Assembly (NCBI RefSeq): GCF_001194135.2
Contig: NC_068984.1
Location: forward strand, 51,792,269-51,856,268
Length of the DNA: 64,000 nt
Reading direction: 5' to 3'
Source: Octopus bimaculoides
Lineage: Eukaryota
A program made the position numbers and the translations under genes. The notes below the pieces were generated by a model. The model worked only from the letters and a program-made list of their open reading frames with translations, did no database searches and was not told where the DNA came from. Positions within the stretch are counted from its first letter, which is position 1, and every line of letters begins with the position of its first letter. This document shows positions 53,345 to 64,000 of this stretch, piece after piece.

Positions 53345-53546
53345 AAGTAGGTAGGCCAACATCCCTTCTTAACAGGACACCAGGCCATTGCAGGGTTACC
53401 CATTTTCAGTTGAGTAGACTGAAGCCACATGAAATGAAATAACACAATGCACTGCTGGTCTGGGAATCAAAATTATGATCTTATGCTCATGAGTGCAACA
53501 CACTAAGAACTAGGCCATGTATGTAGACATATATGTATGTATTTAT

Positions 53547-53582
<36 letters not shown>

Positions 53583-54428
53583 GTTGTTTAACGTCCGCTT
53601 TCCATGCTAGCATGGGTTGGACGATTTGACTGAGGACTGGTGGACCAGGAGGCGACACCAGGCTCCAATCTGATTTGGCAGAGTTTCTACAGCTGGATGC
53701 CCTTCCTAACGCCAACCACTCCGCCGCCATTCGTACGCTCGTACGTATTTATATGTATATGCTTATATATATGTATGTGTATATTTAGGTGTGTGTGTCT
53801 TTGTGTTTGTCCCCACACCACGGCTTGAAAGTGGTTTTTGATTGTAACTTAGTGGTTTGAGAAGAAAAATTGACAGAATAATTATCAGGTTTAAAACCAA
53901 GTACTGGAGTCAATTTGTTCAAGTAAAACCCTCAAGTCCTATGTGAAACGAGGAAAAGATAAAGATAGTATTAATTTTGATTTCTAGAATAGGCACATGG
54001 GCAGAAATTTAGAGGGAGGTGTTAGTTAATTATATCATGCTCAGAATGATTCTAGAAGGATAAAAGGCAAAACTGACCTTAGAAGAATTTGAACACCAAA
54101 TATTAAGAGCTGTAACAGAATGCCAGAAAATATTTTTGTTTACTGCACTATCAAGTGTACCAAGTCACATCTAAATAACAGCTTGTAAATATTGAGTTGA
54201 AACAACCATCTACTCTTTTACTTGTTTCAGTCGTAATACTGTGGCCATGCTGGAGCACTGCCTTGAATTGACTCCAGGACTTATTTTTATAGTCTAGTAC
54301 TTATTCTATCGGTTTCTTGCCAAACTGCTAAGTTACAGAGACATAAACACATCAACACTGGTCATGAAGCAGTAATGGGGGGAACAAACAGACACAAAGA
54401 CACACACACAGGTACACACACGCACGCG

Positions 54429-54460
<32 letters not shown>

Positions 54461-55440
54461 TGCTTTTTTCAGTTTCTGTCTACCAAATCCAATCACAAGA
54501 CTTTGGTTGGCCAAAAGCTATAGTAGAAAACACTTGCCCAGGTGCCACGCAGTTAGACTGAACCTGAAACCATGTGGTTAGGAAGCAATATTTTTACCAC
54601 ACAGCCACACCTGAAAAAATTGCAGTCTGCCCGTGGGACATAATCTCACATCTTTTGTAAACATGACAAACATCCTACCATTGAACCAAGGCAATCCCTT
54701 GAATCTATCCATTTATATTCTATCCATTTATATTCTATCCATTTATATTCTATCCATTTATATTCTATCCATTTATATTCTATCCATTTATATTCTATCC
54801 ATTTTAGAAATTTTATCCTTACTCACTAATTTATACTTTAGCTGCTTCAAGGTTCACCATTCCAAATAAGAATTATTTCATGTTCCCTCAAAGTTTCTGA
54901 ATTCTTATGACACATATGTTTATTTGTGAAAATTCTAAAAGGTTGTAAATATTTCTGAGCCAGAAAAATGTATGTAATAGTTAAAAATGATTATTCAGCA
55001 TTATTAATATTAATTTCAAATTTTGGCACAAGACCAGCCATTTTGCAGGAGAGTATAAATCGATTACATCAACCCCATTGCTCAACTGGTACTTATTTTA
55101 TCAACCCTGAAAGGAAAGTCAACTTTGCCACAATTTGAACTCAGAACATAAAGATAGACAAAATGTCATTAAGTATTTTGCCCAGTGTACTAATGATTCT
55201 GGCAGCTTTCCGCCTTTTAGCAGTTACTAATATTGATTTCAAATCTTGGCACAAGGCCAGTAAGTTCATAGGAGAGGATAAGTCAATTACATTAACCCCA
55301 GTGATCAACTGGTACTTATTTTATTGACCTCAAAAGGATGGAGGGCAAAGTTGACTTTGCCTGAATTTGAATTCAGAATGTCAAGATGGACGAAATGCCA
55401 TTTAGCCTGGTGTGCTAATAATTCTGACGGCTCATCACCT
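53345..55440. mobile_element. Dense SINE cluster (families A, C, E and RTE-tail) between exons 13 and 14
   Basis: Matches to ggtacttattttatcaaccc (family C), ttcttgagcaaaacac (family E) and the family A consensus. Confidence 0.7.
54707..54802. repeat. 15-bp tandem repeat (atccatttatattct) x about 6
   Basis: Directly visible; gives the spurious ILSIY ORF. Confidence 0.9.
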
Positions 55441-55475
55441 TTCAGTTATTAATGTTACAATACTATTTATTTCAG

Positions 55476-55581
55476 AAAAAGTTGTATCCTACAAAGGTAA
55501 TGAAAGTTGTTGACAAATTCCTGGAGAATATAAATACAACAAATTCCTCTGAACAAATCAAAATTGAAAAAGAAAATATAG
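55476..55581 (+). CDS. Exon 14 KKLYPTKVMKVVDKFLENINTTNSSEQIKIEKENI (phase 0-1)
   Basis: tatttatttcag acceptor, ATAG|gtaaga donor; last GAIN-A helix, then the ENI start of GAIN-B. Confidence 0.85.
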
Positions 55582-57431
55582 GTAAGAAGGGCATTTTATT
55601 TCTACTTTTCCATTTTCTTCAATGTCATTATAGCCATCTTTTACCTTTTATCCTTTACTTGTTTCAGTAATTAGACTATGGCCATGCTGGGGCACTGCTT
55701 TGAAGAATTTTTTGTTGAATGAATCGATCTCAGTACTTTTTTTTCTAAGTGTGGGACTTAATCTATCGTTCACTTTTGCTGAACTGCTAAGTTACAGGGA
55801 TGTAAACACATCTACACTGGTGGTCAAGCAGTGGTAGGGGACAAACACAGACATACACATGCACACACACATATGGAATGTATATACTTGGGGGTACTGA
55901 AAAGTTCTTGGCTTTGGATAAAAGAAAATACAGGAGGATCAATTAATTATTTTATTCAACACATTCCCCTCTCAGATTCACACACTTATTGCAGCTTCAG
56001 TTTTTCTAAACCCTCACACAGCCACATCTACACCTCATAATTTTTACATCATTTTTGCCATGCTTGAATGTGTTGGATGGGTCTTTTTGAGGCAGTGTTT
56101 GTCATAGTTGTGTGACAATGAAAATGCTTGCAACACATTTTAATATGCAGAATTGTTCATTATTTGAGTATTTACTCTGTGCTTCATCAATTTTGGTCTA
56201 TTTTCAAGGAAAAAAAAATTATCCTTAAATGTATGGGTATATGCATAATTAGATAATGAATGAATATATTGTATGCATGTAACTGCTAGCTCTTGGAGTG
56301 TAAGTGTCTCTTTGGATCTCCTTGGAGATTTTTAGTTGCAACAGTAGGTCTTTTTACATTTCTGACATCTCAGACACTCTGAGTAGTCTCTCATGACCCT
56401 CTCACAATGCAGTAAAACAAAGATGGAGGGAGAGAAGAAGAACTGGTATTTATTTATTATTGGTACTTTATTTATTGACACCCCTTCCCAAGGTGGTGGA
56501 AAACAAAGCTGTTCACAGGATTTGAACTCAGAATAAATAGAGCCAGAACAAATAAATATCACAAGCCATACTATATTGTAACAACTTCAGCAATTCCTTT
56601 TATATATGTGTGTGTGGGTACATAGCTTAGGGGTTAGAGTGTTGCATTCAATCACTAGATTTTAGTTTTAATTCCTACACCAGGAGGCACATTATGTTCT
56701 TGAGCAAAACACATCATCTCACATTGCTCTGCAATCACTTTGACACCTGACATGATGAAGAGAGTGAGCTAATGTACAGCACAAACATACGATCACTATA
56801 AACAAATCATTTGTGCAGGTCGGTCGTTCAGCAAAGCAAAAGCTAATGAGATAAAAAATCCAAGGCTATGAAAGATTTCAGAACATTTATAAAGAGAAGG
56901 TCTTACAGCTGTTTCTGGGATATTTTATATATCCCTTCATCAGAAATGATGCAAGAAAATGGCTAAGCAATAGTTATTATAGAGAAGATATGAAATACAG
57001 AGTTAACTTGAGGAAGGAAAACAGAAGTAAGATACGTAAGTATATTGTATCCACAGTTCCATTATTTGAGCAGAATGGTGTATATATAAGTTTCCTGTAC
57101 CTTGTGTGTGGGTTCCAGTGTTGCTTATATGTAAATGTTGCTATATATATATAAATACAGAAGGATGGATAGCGCTTCAGTCTTGCCCATCAATCCTCTT
57201 TTAAGGCATAGTATATCCAGCAATCCTTTTTTAAGACAGTACAGAACTTCAGTGATGGCATGAAAACTCCTTCAAAAGCACATGTGGATGAAATTCTTCA
57301 TTGGCATCATACTAACTACGAAGGCTATGCAATATGCTACTTTCTCTTCTTTTTAGTTCATGATCAAATACATGACATGTTTGCAATTACTGATACTTAA
57401 CTTTATAATAAAATCTTATTTATCCTTATAG

Positions 57432-57539
57432 TTTTCCAATTTGATGAATTAAAGAATAAAACCATTTCGGTAAATCTTGGTTCTGATGAATCCCTCCAAG
57501 TTCATATTGATGAGTCAGTAATTAAGAATATATCTTCAG
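57432..57539 (+). CDS. Exon 15 VFQFDELKNKTISVNLGSDESLQVHIDESVIKNISS (phase 1-1)
   Basis: tatttatccttatag acceptor, TCAG|gtaaag donor; alternating beta-strand pattern. Confidence 0.85.
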
Positions 57540-57719
57540 GTAAAGATTATTTTCTCTTTATATCCCATATTGACACATCCTTGTCTGTGTAAAGATTTTT
57601 TAATGTTAGTTTTTATCTTTTATATTGTAAGTTATTAACCCTTTTGCTACCATATTTCTGTTAAAATACAGATATATTTACCAAAATTACATAAAAATAT
57701 CTTGAAATACTAAAGAGTA

Positions 57720-58438
57720 AATTTATTCAATAAAATCGCCATTTGCTTCAACCACGGCTTCCAGACGACTTCAAAATATCTTGCAACTCTCCTGGATTGT
57801 CTCCTTGTCTTAGTTGGTGAATGCTACCATACTCTTGCCTTCAGTTCATCTTTGGTGTTACAAGGAGTTTTGTTAGTTTCTCGCTCAGCTGTACCCCACA
57901 CATAATAATCAAGGGGGTTGCAGTTTGGGGAGTTAGGTGGCCAGATGTTAGGGGTGATGTGGTTGCTGAAATTGTCTGACAGCTATGACTGGGTTCTCCT
58001 GCTTGTGTAGCATGGTGCAAAGTCCTGTTGCTAACATAGGGTCTTCCAGCAGCCACCCTCTTGACCCAGCACTACCTCCTCTAGGCTTTATGTAGGCCTC
58101 TGTGTTGCATCTGAGGCTGTGTGGGAAGATGAATGTAGGCATAATGTCACCATCACTAATGGTCCCTCCAAACACCATGATATTGACTGGATGTTTGATT
58201 TTTATCACTCTTGGTACATGACCTCAGATTACACTGTCCTCAGATTGTCACCCAAACTCTCTGAAATGTTTGTATTGGAGCTTCCAGTGCAACTGCCAAG
58301 CAGCACAGCAAGTCATTTCCAAATTTCTGGCTGAGTGAATTGCGTCATGGTGCTGTTTTTCTCACAGTTGACAAAATAAAAAAAAACATGCCTGACATTA
58401 AAGATATACAATGACAATTTACCCATCGCACCCTGTAT
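57720..58438 (-). mobile_element. Degenerate Tc1/mariner (maT/DD37D-like) transposase remnant
   Basis: MVFGG..SDGDIMPTFIF, plus broken QDSAPCH and WPPNSPDCNPLD-like motifs; TA-cagggtg terminus at the right. Confidence 0.7.
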
Positions 58439-58439
58439 A

Positions 58440-58480
<41 letters not shown>

Positions 58481-59014
58481 ACACGTACATAGATAGAAAT
58501 TAAGTGAAGAGTGGAGTTTATTTCATTACATTTATTTCATGAATCAATTATCAAAAATACAGTCTCATCTAGATGGACTTATCCATTGATATCTGCTGCT
58601 ATATCATGGTGTTTGTGTTTTATTCTTCCTTATTTACTGTAATTATCTCCTATGGTTGAAGATAAAGAGTAGGGTCTTCTTTGGTGCTGTTCCCAAATGG
58701 AAAACTGATATTAAGTCATTCTCCAAAAAAGTGTAATGAAACTAAAATCAAAATTTTTTTTTCATCAGAACTTGATTTTATTGACAGCTTGATATTCTTT
58801 TTGTCAATATCTCAATGTATTAATGTCTAAAATCACTGAGACATCAAAATAGCTGCTAATGATGAGGTAGATGTTAGAAAAATTTCATAAGCAAGCCTAA
58901 TTCATTGTTTCAGTGTACCATTAAAATTAAATCAGTTAAATTTTTATCATTAGAAGTTCAGCTAAACAGTGAAAGTGGCAGATAATAATGTTTCTTTTTC
59001 TTTTTCTTTCTCAG

Positions 59015-59087
59015 ATGACCCCATATTTTACAGTGTTGTCCTCTACAAATCATTAACATACATCATACAAATGACTGAAGCTAACCG
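59015..59087 (+). CDS. Exon 16 DDPIFYSVVLYKSLTYIIQMTEAN(R) (phase 1-2)
   Basis: Long pyrimidine tract plus cag, CG|gtgaga donor; VVLYKSL resembles the GAIN-B xxLYKNL motif. Confidence 0.85.
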
Positions 59088-61210
59088 GTGAGACCACTTG
59101 AGTTATTTCTCATTTTATCTCTTAGTTGTCATAAGTTCAAACCTCAGCATGGCTATTGCATTGTACTCCGAGACAAAAGTATACCACTCTATTTGCCTCA
59201 TTTTGTCCAGAGCAAATCAACAATGGAATAAATGCACCAGTCATATAGCGACGAACAAATTTACAGGAAAAAAAGGGGGGAAGTTTTCACTCAGGTTACA
59301 ATGGAAAATAGATATAAAACTGTTTAAAAATGAAACATAGTATTTAATAAATATACAGTAATTTTTTTTATCTTTCTCATATAATTATTAAGACAGGCAT
59401 CCTCTATGTTACAGAAGTTTTGCATTCATGAAAATCTTGTAATCTGGAATTCTGTAATGCAAAATCTAATTCTCTATTGACTTCCAAGTTATATAACACT
59501 GAAGACAGTGGGAAAATAGAATTCATACTTACAGAATTCCAAATTATAGCAAGATTTTATAGGAATGCAATGCTTCCATGTTGCAGGAGATGCCTTACAA
59601 TAAATATTGTTAAGATTAAGGAATGCAGAGAGCCAGAGTCAGGTGCCAAAGTTAACTAAATTGCATTAATTAGTTTTGTCCTCTGTAGTTTCAAGTTCAA
59701 ATTCTTAGGATTGATTTGACTTTAATTCTGGTAATCTAGAAAAGATCACCTATATCTTACGAAATTGCTGACATGCTCTGAAAAGAAACCCTTATATAAT
59801 GTGGAATACTGATTAGGTAGAGGAAAACTACCAGTGAGCTCTGTCATTTTACTACATTTGTACTACTTAAAACATGAAATTTTCACTGATCTCACCACTA
59901 AAAATATCTTGGGCTTTAGGTCCATAATGCTAGTATAAGAAATAATTGTTGACTGAGACAATATAGAAGCAACTGTGAACATTCAATTTAATAGGTCAGT
60001 ATGAGAATCAGTTCTAGAGTGGACTTAGTCTTTTTAATAAAATAAACAGCTGTAATATATTGTAGTTGATTTAGTTAACTGTAGTAAAGTGGATGCTAAC
60101 ATACTTGATGTAATTTACAAAACATATTAATTAGTTAAAAATGAAATGCATTGGAAAGTGAGCTTGCTCTATAGTGCTTAAGATCTATGGATGCTTTAAA
60201 ATGTTATTTCAGTTAATTAAAATTTCTTGTTTTATAACCTACTTTACTATTAAATTTTCGATGTCAACAAATTTGATTTTGTGTGTTTATTACATGAGTC
60301 ATAAAGTTGTGATGAATTAAGAACACTGAAATTGATACATGTCAGTATTATGTTAAGAACCTAACATCCTGTAGTTGAAAACACCTGGATTAGTGTTTAG
60401 TGTTAATATAAATGTACCAAAATTGATTTTTAAAAAAATTATCCAGATGATGGGTTGTGTCCATAAACTTTGTGGTCCTTTCTAGGTAGAGTTTCATTAG
60501 AGAACAGCAAACATTATAAATTGAAGGATTTTAACTGTGTTGTTCATTAACAGAGAGGATGTAGTGTTGCAAGATTGTTTCCTTCTAAAACAAAGAGAGT
60601 GTATTATTGCAACATTCCTTTTTTATATATGCAGGGTGCTGGTGCCACGTAAAAAGCATCCATGCCGGTGCCATATAAAAGCACCCAAGCTGGTGCTACA
60701 TGAAAGCATTCAGTACACTCTGTAAAGTGGTTGATATTAGGAAGGACATCCAGCTGTAGAAACCACGACAAAACAGACAGGGAACCTAGGCAGCTCCTGT
60801 CAAACTGTCCAAACCATGCTAGCATGGAAAATGGACGTTAAATGAGATGGTGATGATGGTGATGATGATGATGATGCAGCAGCAGCAGGGAGGGTATGGA
60901 GTTGCAAAACTGTGTTCTTGATGTATGCAGGGAAAGTGCAATGCTGTAAGCCTTTTTTTATGCAGGAACTGTTATAGGGCTTTCAAAAATAGAAATAATA
61001 CATTTCTAAATATCTCAGAGAGATTTATGCAGTAGTGATGCGATAAAGTAGTTATGTGCTGTCAACTTAATGTGATAGTCCTATGAAGGGAATAATACTA
61101 CTGCTATTTAGCCCTAGGAAGCAGCACCGCTTCCTGTCGGCCTTGACACATTTCCAGTGTTTTTATGTTTACAAGGGGGAGACAAGCACCTCCACTTAGC
61201 TAAGCCTGCA

Positions 61211-61253
61211 TCCAGAGACATGTTTCTGAATCTTTGCTCATCATCAGTCTGGA
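61211..61253 (-). ncRNA. Minimal type I hammerhead ribozyme motif (antisense copy)
   Basis: Reverse complement tccaga-CTGATGA-tgag caaaga ttca-GAAA-CATGTC-tctgga; stem II fully paired (U-A, G-C, A-U, G.U). Confidence 0.65.
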
Positions 61254-61531
61254 GTAGCAATGGCCTGTCAAGCTCTTGTAAACATATAATACTTCTAGTG
61301 AAACACATTCACTGATTTCAAAAGTAGAAATAATACATTTCTAAATCTCCCAGAGAGATTTATGCAGTAGTGATGCGATAAAGTAGTTGTATTCTGTTGA
61401 CTTAATGTGACAGTGAATGTGTTTCACTAGAATTATTATATGTTTACGAGAGCTTGACAGGCATCTCCAACGAGCAGGCCATTGCTACTCCAGACTGATG
61501 ACGAGCAAAGATTCNNNNNNNNNNTTGCTAC

Positions 61532-61574
61532 TCCAGACTGATGACGAGCAAAGATTCAGAAACATGTCTCTGGA
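61532..61574 (+). ncRNA. Minimal type I hammerhead ribozyme motif
   Basis: tccaga-CTGATGA-cgag caaaga ttca-GAAA-CATGTC-tctgga: 6-bp stem I, palindromic ACATGT stem III, GUC cleavage triplet; C.A at the base of stem II. Confidence 0.65.
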
Positions 61575-62411
61575 TGCAGGCTTAGCTAAGTGGAGGTGCT
61601 TGTCTCCCCCTTGTAAACATAAGGACACTGGAAATGTGTCAAGGCTGACAAGAAGTGGTGCTGCTTCCTAGGGCTAAATAGCAGTAGTATTATTCCCTTC
61701 ATGGGACTGTCACATTAAGTTGACAGCATACAACTATGTTATAGGGCTGTTTTCTTGATATGTGCAAGGAGGGTATAGTGTTGCAAAACTCTATATATGT
61801 GGATAGAGTGTCGTGCTATAAGATTGTATGTGTCATTAGAAATAATTGCAGTTTAATCATTCATGTATAGAAGAAAGTATATAGACAACATAACCAATCC
61901 TTGAGGCATACCAAAGTATATGTCACAGGAAGCCATGATAGCGGATGTTGTGAAGGAGCAGTCTGATAGGAAACTTGCCAGCCAATAAAATAGGGATGGA
62001 GCCCCAAAGTGCACAACTTAGTTAAGAGATTCCCATACCAGATATGAAGACCTTGCTGATGTCGAGGGAAAGAACATTGTTTTCCTGCATGATATACTTG
62101 TGGTAAGAGATCACAAAAATACCACGTAGGAGAGAAAGTTCCCAGAAGGCCAGGTATTATGTGAAATGTACTGATTATGGGAAGGAACCACCTTAGAATA
62201 GCAAACTGATTACATATTTTATATAACTGTCTAGATTTAGTGGCTTACAACATTTCTGTTTGAATCTTACAAAAACAGTCTCTGGATAAGAACAGACTGT
62301 GATAAGAAGGTACCTTCTTAAGGTAGAGATGAGAATAGAAAATCACATTTCTTTCCATTCCAGTTTTGTAGTATGAATCCTATGAATAAACTAAATATGT
62401 TTCTATTTTAG

Positions 62412-62526
62412 GACAAATGAAAACACAAATCACAAAGATCTTCTTTCAGATATTCTAAGTTTCACAATTCACAAAGCAAATTCAAAAAATCTCATAAAAA
62501 ACATAACTTATCGTCTGAACCATAAG
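62412..62526 (+). CDS. Exon 17 (R)TNENTNHKDLLSDILSFTIHKANSKNLIKNITYRLNHK (phase 2-0)
   Basis: tgtttctattttag acceptor, AAG|gtaagt donor; SDILSFTI and ITYRLNH resemble the GAIN-B strands immediately before the GPS. Confidence 0.85.
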
Positions 62527-63041
62527 GTAAGTTTATCATTTAATCCATTAGCATTCAGATTATCCTATCTAATGTAGTGCTTTTTCATTCACATTGTTTT
62601 TAATTAATCATGCTTCGAAATTTTGATGATGTGACTATACTTTTAGAGTGACATTGAAGGGTATGTGTGATAGGCTTTGGGCTGGATATGGTTTAAATGC
62701 TAAAAGGTTCAGTGCTTATATAAGATGGAATGTATCAAAAAGTGTTTAGCCAATCCAATGTTACCTCCAGTGGTCAGTTTGTGATGACTCACCATCTTTC
62801 CTATTTGTTCATTTGTTCAGGACAGTTTTTCACTTGTATTCTAGTTTATATTTTGATGTTATCTACCTGAATTTCTTTTTACCTTTTAATCCCTTGTGTT
62901 AATTTTTAATATGGTTTCTTAGTTTAAAATACTGGTTCTGTTCAAAGTATCTTAGTTTTCATTATTAAATTACTTTCAATTTTCTTTATGGCCATATATA
63001 CAAAGGAAATTAAAACAATGATAATATTATTGTATTTACAG

Positions 63042-63065
63042 ACTAAGATACAATGCAAACTCTGA
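63042..63065 (+). CDS. Candidate exon 18 TKIQCKL* (terminal exon or broken GPS exon)
   Basis: attattgtatttacag acceptor; phase 0 gives TKIQCKL then TGA; AATAAA at 63248-63253. Confidence 0.45.
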   Translation, partial: TKIQCKL

Positions 63066-64000
63066 ACAATCAGAATAAGTGAAAAATTGAAAAAGTAATA
63101 TAAAAATTTAAAATATAGGTGCAGGCATCTCTTTCTCCAGAAACAGAGGCATAGAGTGAAGGCCTAGCAACTAATTTTTGTAGAAAAACTCGTATGCTGC
63201 TGAAGTTGTCTAAGGATGGCTTGATGTATCCTACAACACAAACTGGAAATAAAAATTGAGAAAGAATATAATCAACAAAAATGTATATTTTTTATTAAAA
63301 TGTTCAAACTTCTTTCATAGGGCTGTGTTCAAAGACCTCAGCTGCAGATTTCCCATTCTGTAACCCTGCCATATTAGACAGCTGTGAATTATAGTTTGAA
63401 ATTAGAAGTGATAGTTGTCTTAAAGAGATATATTGTTTGCTCTGCTTTAGCTTGAGTTGGTTGTGTTCAATCCTTTATGTTGTCAATAGTTTAACTAAAT
63501 GACACAAGTAAACACATTTGTAGTATGTTTACCTCTGGTGTGAGGTAGAAAGATAGGATAAGTGATTTATAGAAAGACTGTTGATTACTAGTAACTACAA
63601 TGGACATTTTGGTAAACAAAAAAGATAGGATAAGTGATTTATAGAAGAACTTGATTATTAATAACTACAATAGACATTGTGGTAAGCAGTAATCAGTAAC
63701 TTCTTTCTGAATGAATGACTCATCTTCCCTCTTAATCTACAGAATATCTAGTTGTAACCCAATCCTAACAACTAATGTTGTTTAACACTTTAGCATTCAG
63801 ATTATTCTGTCAAATGTAATGCTTCTTTATTCAAATTGGTTTGAATTAATCATGCATTATCTCATAACTTTGAGATTTTGATGATGTGATTGTTTATTTA
63901 TAGAAAAACACTGTAATGTAGGTGTGAGAGGTCAGGTCTGGCAAGTTTGAACAGAAAACAAATAGAATAATTTGGCTTGATATGGTGAGTTTGAATGCTA

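Larger units (their letters stand above)
60982..61736. mobile_element. Penelope-like pLTR pair in inverted orientation
   Basis: Inverted arms 61048-61314 and 61411-61736, direct ~94-bp repeats at 60982-61075 and 61317-61410, flanking 12-bp direct repeat TGTTATAGGGCT, hammerhead motif in each arm. No RT/GIY-YIG coding sequence seen. Confidence 0.65.

Noticed and set aside
54633-54869. Evenly spaced repeats as CRISPR-like or coding repeat
   Set aside because: Simple 15-bp head-to-tail minisatellite with no spacers.
625-61671. Most ORF-track entries (poly-HT, poly-CV, poly-YI, poly-I, poly-X)
   Set aside because: They are translations of microsatellites, SINEs or N gaps, not genes.

Overview
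AT-rich, microsatellite- and transposon-dense animal DNA. The SINE/RTE-tail repertoire looks like an octopus (coleoid) genome; that is recalled, not verified. The ORF track contains no intact gene, only TE remnants and microsatellite read-throughs. Reading splice signals by hand reveals a + strand gene of at least 17 small, phase-consistent coding exons (15834-62526, about 414 aa). It encodes a signal peptide, three tandemly duplicated symmetric Cys-containing micro-exons (18/21/24 nt), a divergent lectin-like beta-sandwich candidate, a Thr-rich stalk and a GAIN-like domain (adhesion GPCR/PKD1 type). The next candidate exon stops (TKIQCKL*) exactly where the GPS CxxW tryptophan is expected. 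The rest of the window holds solo LTRs with 4-bp TSDs, Merlin-type TIR elements carrying TTAGGG-like arrays, a Helitron end with a PIF1 helicase remnant, Tx1 and RTE LINE fragments, mariner/Tc1 remnants, TTAA MITEs, many SINEs, and Penelope-type repeats with minimal hammerhead ribozyme motifs. There are also hints of a divergent minus-strand gene at the left. All calls are from manual reading; no database searches were run.
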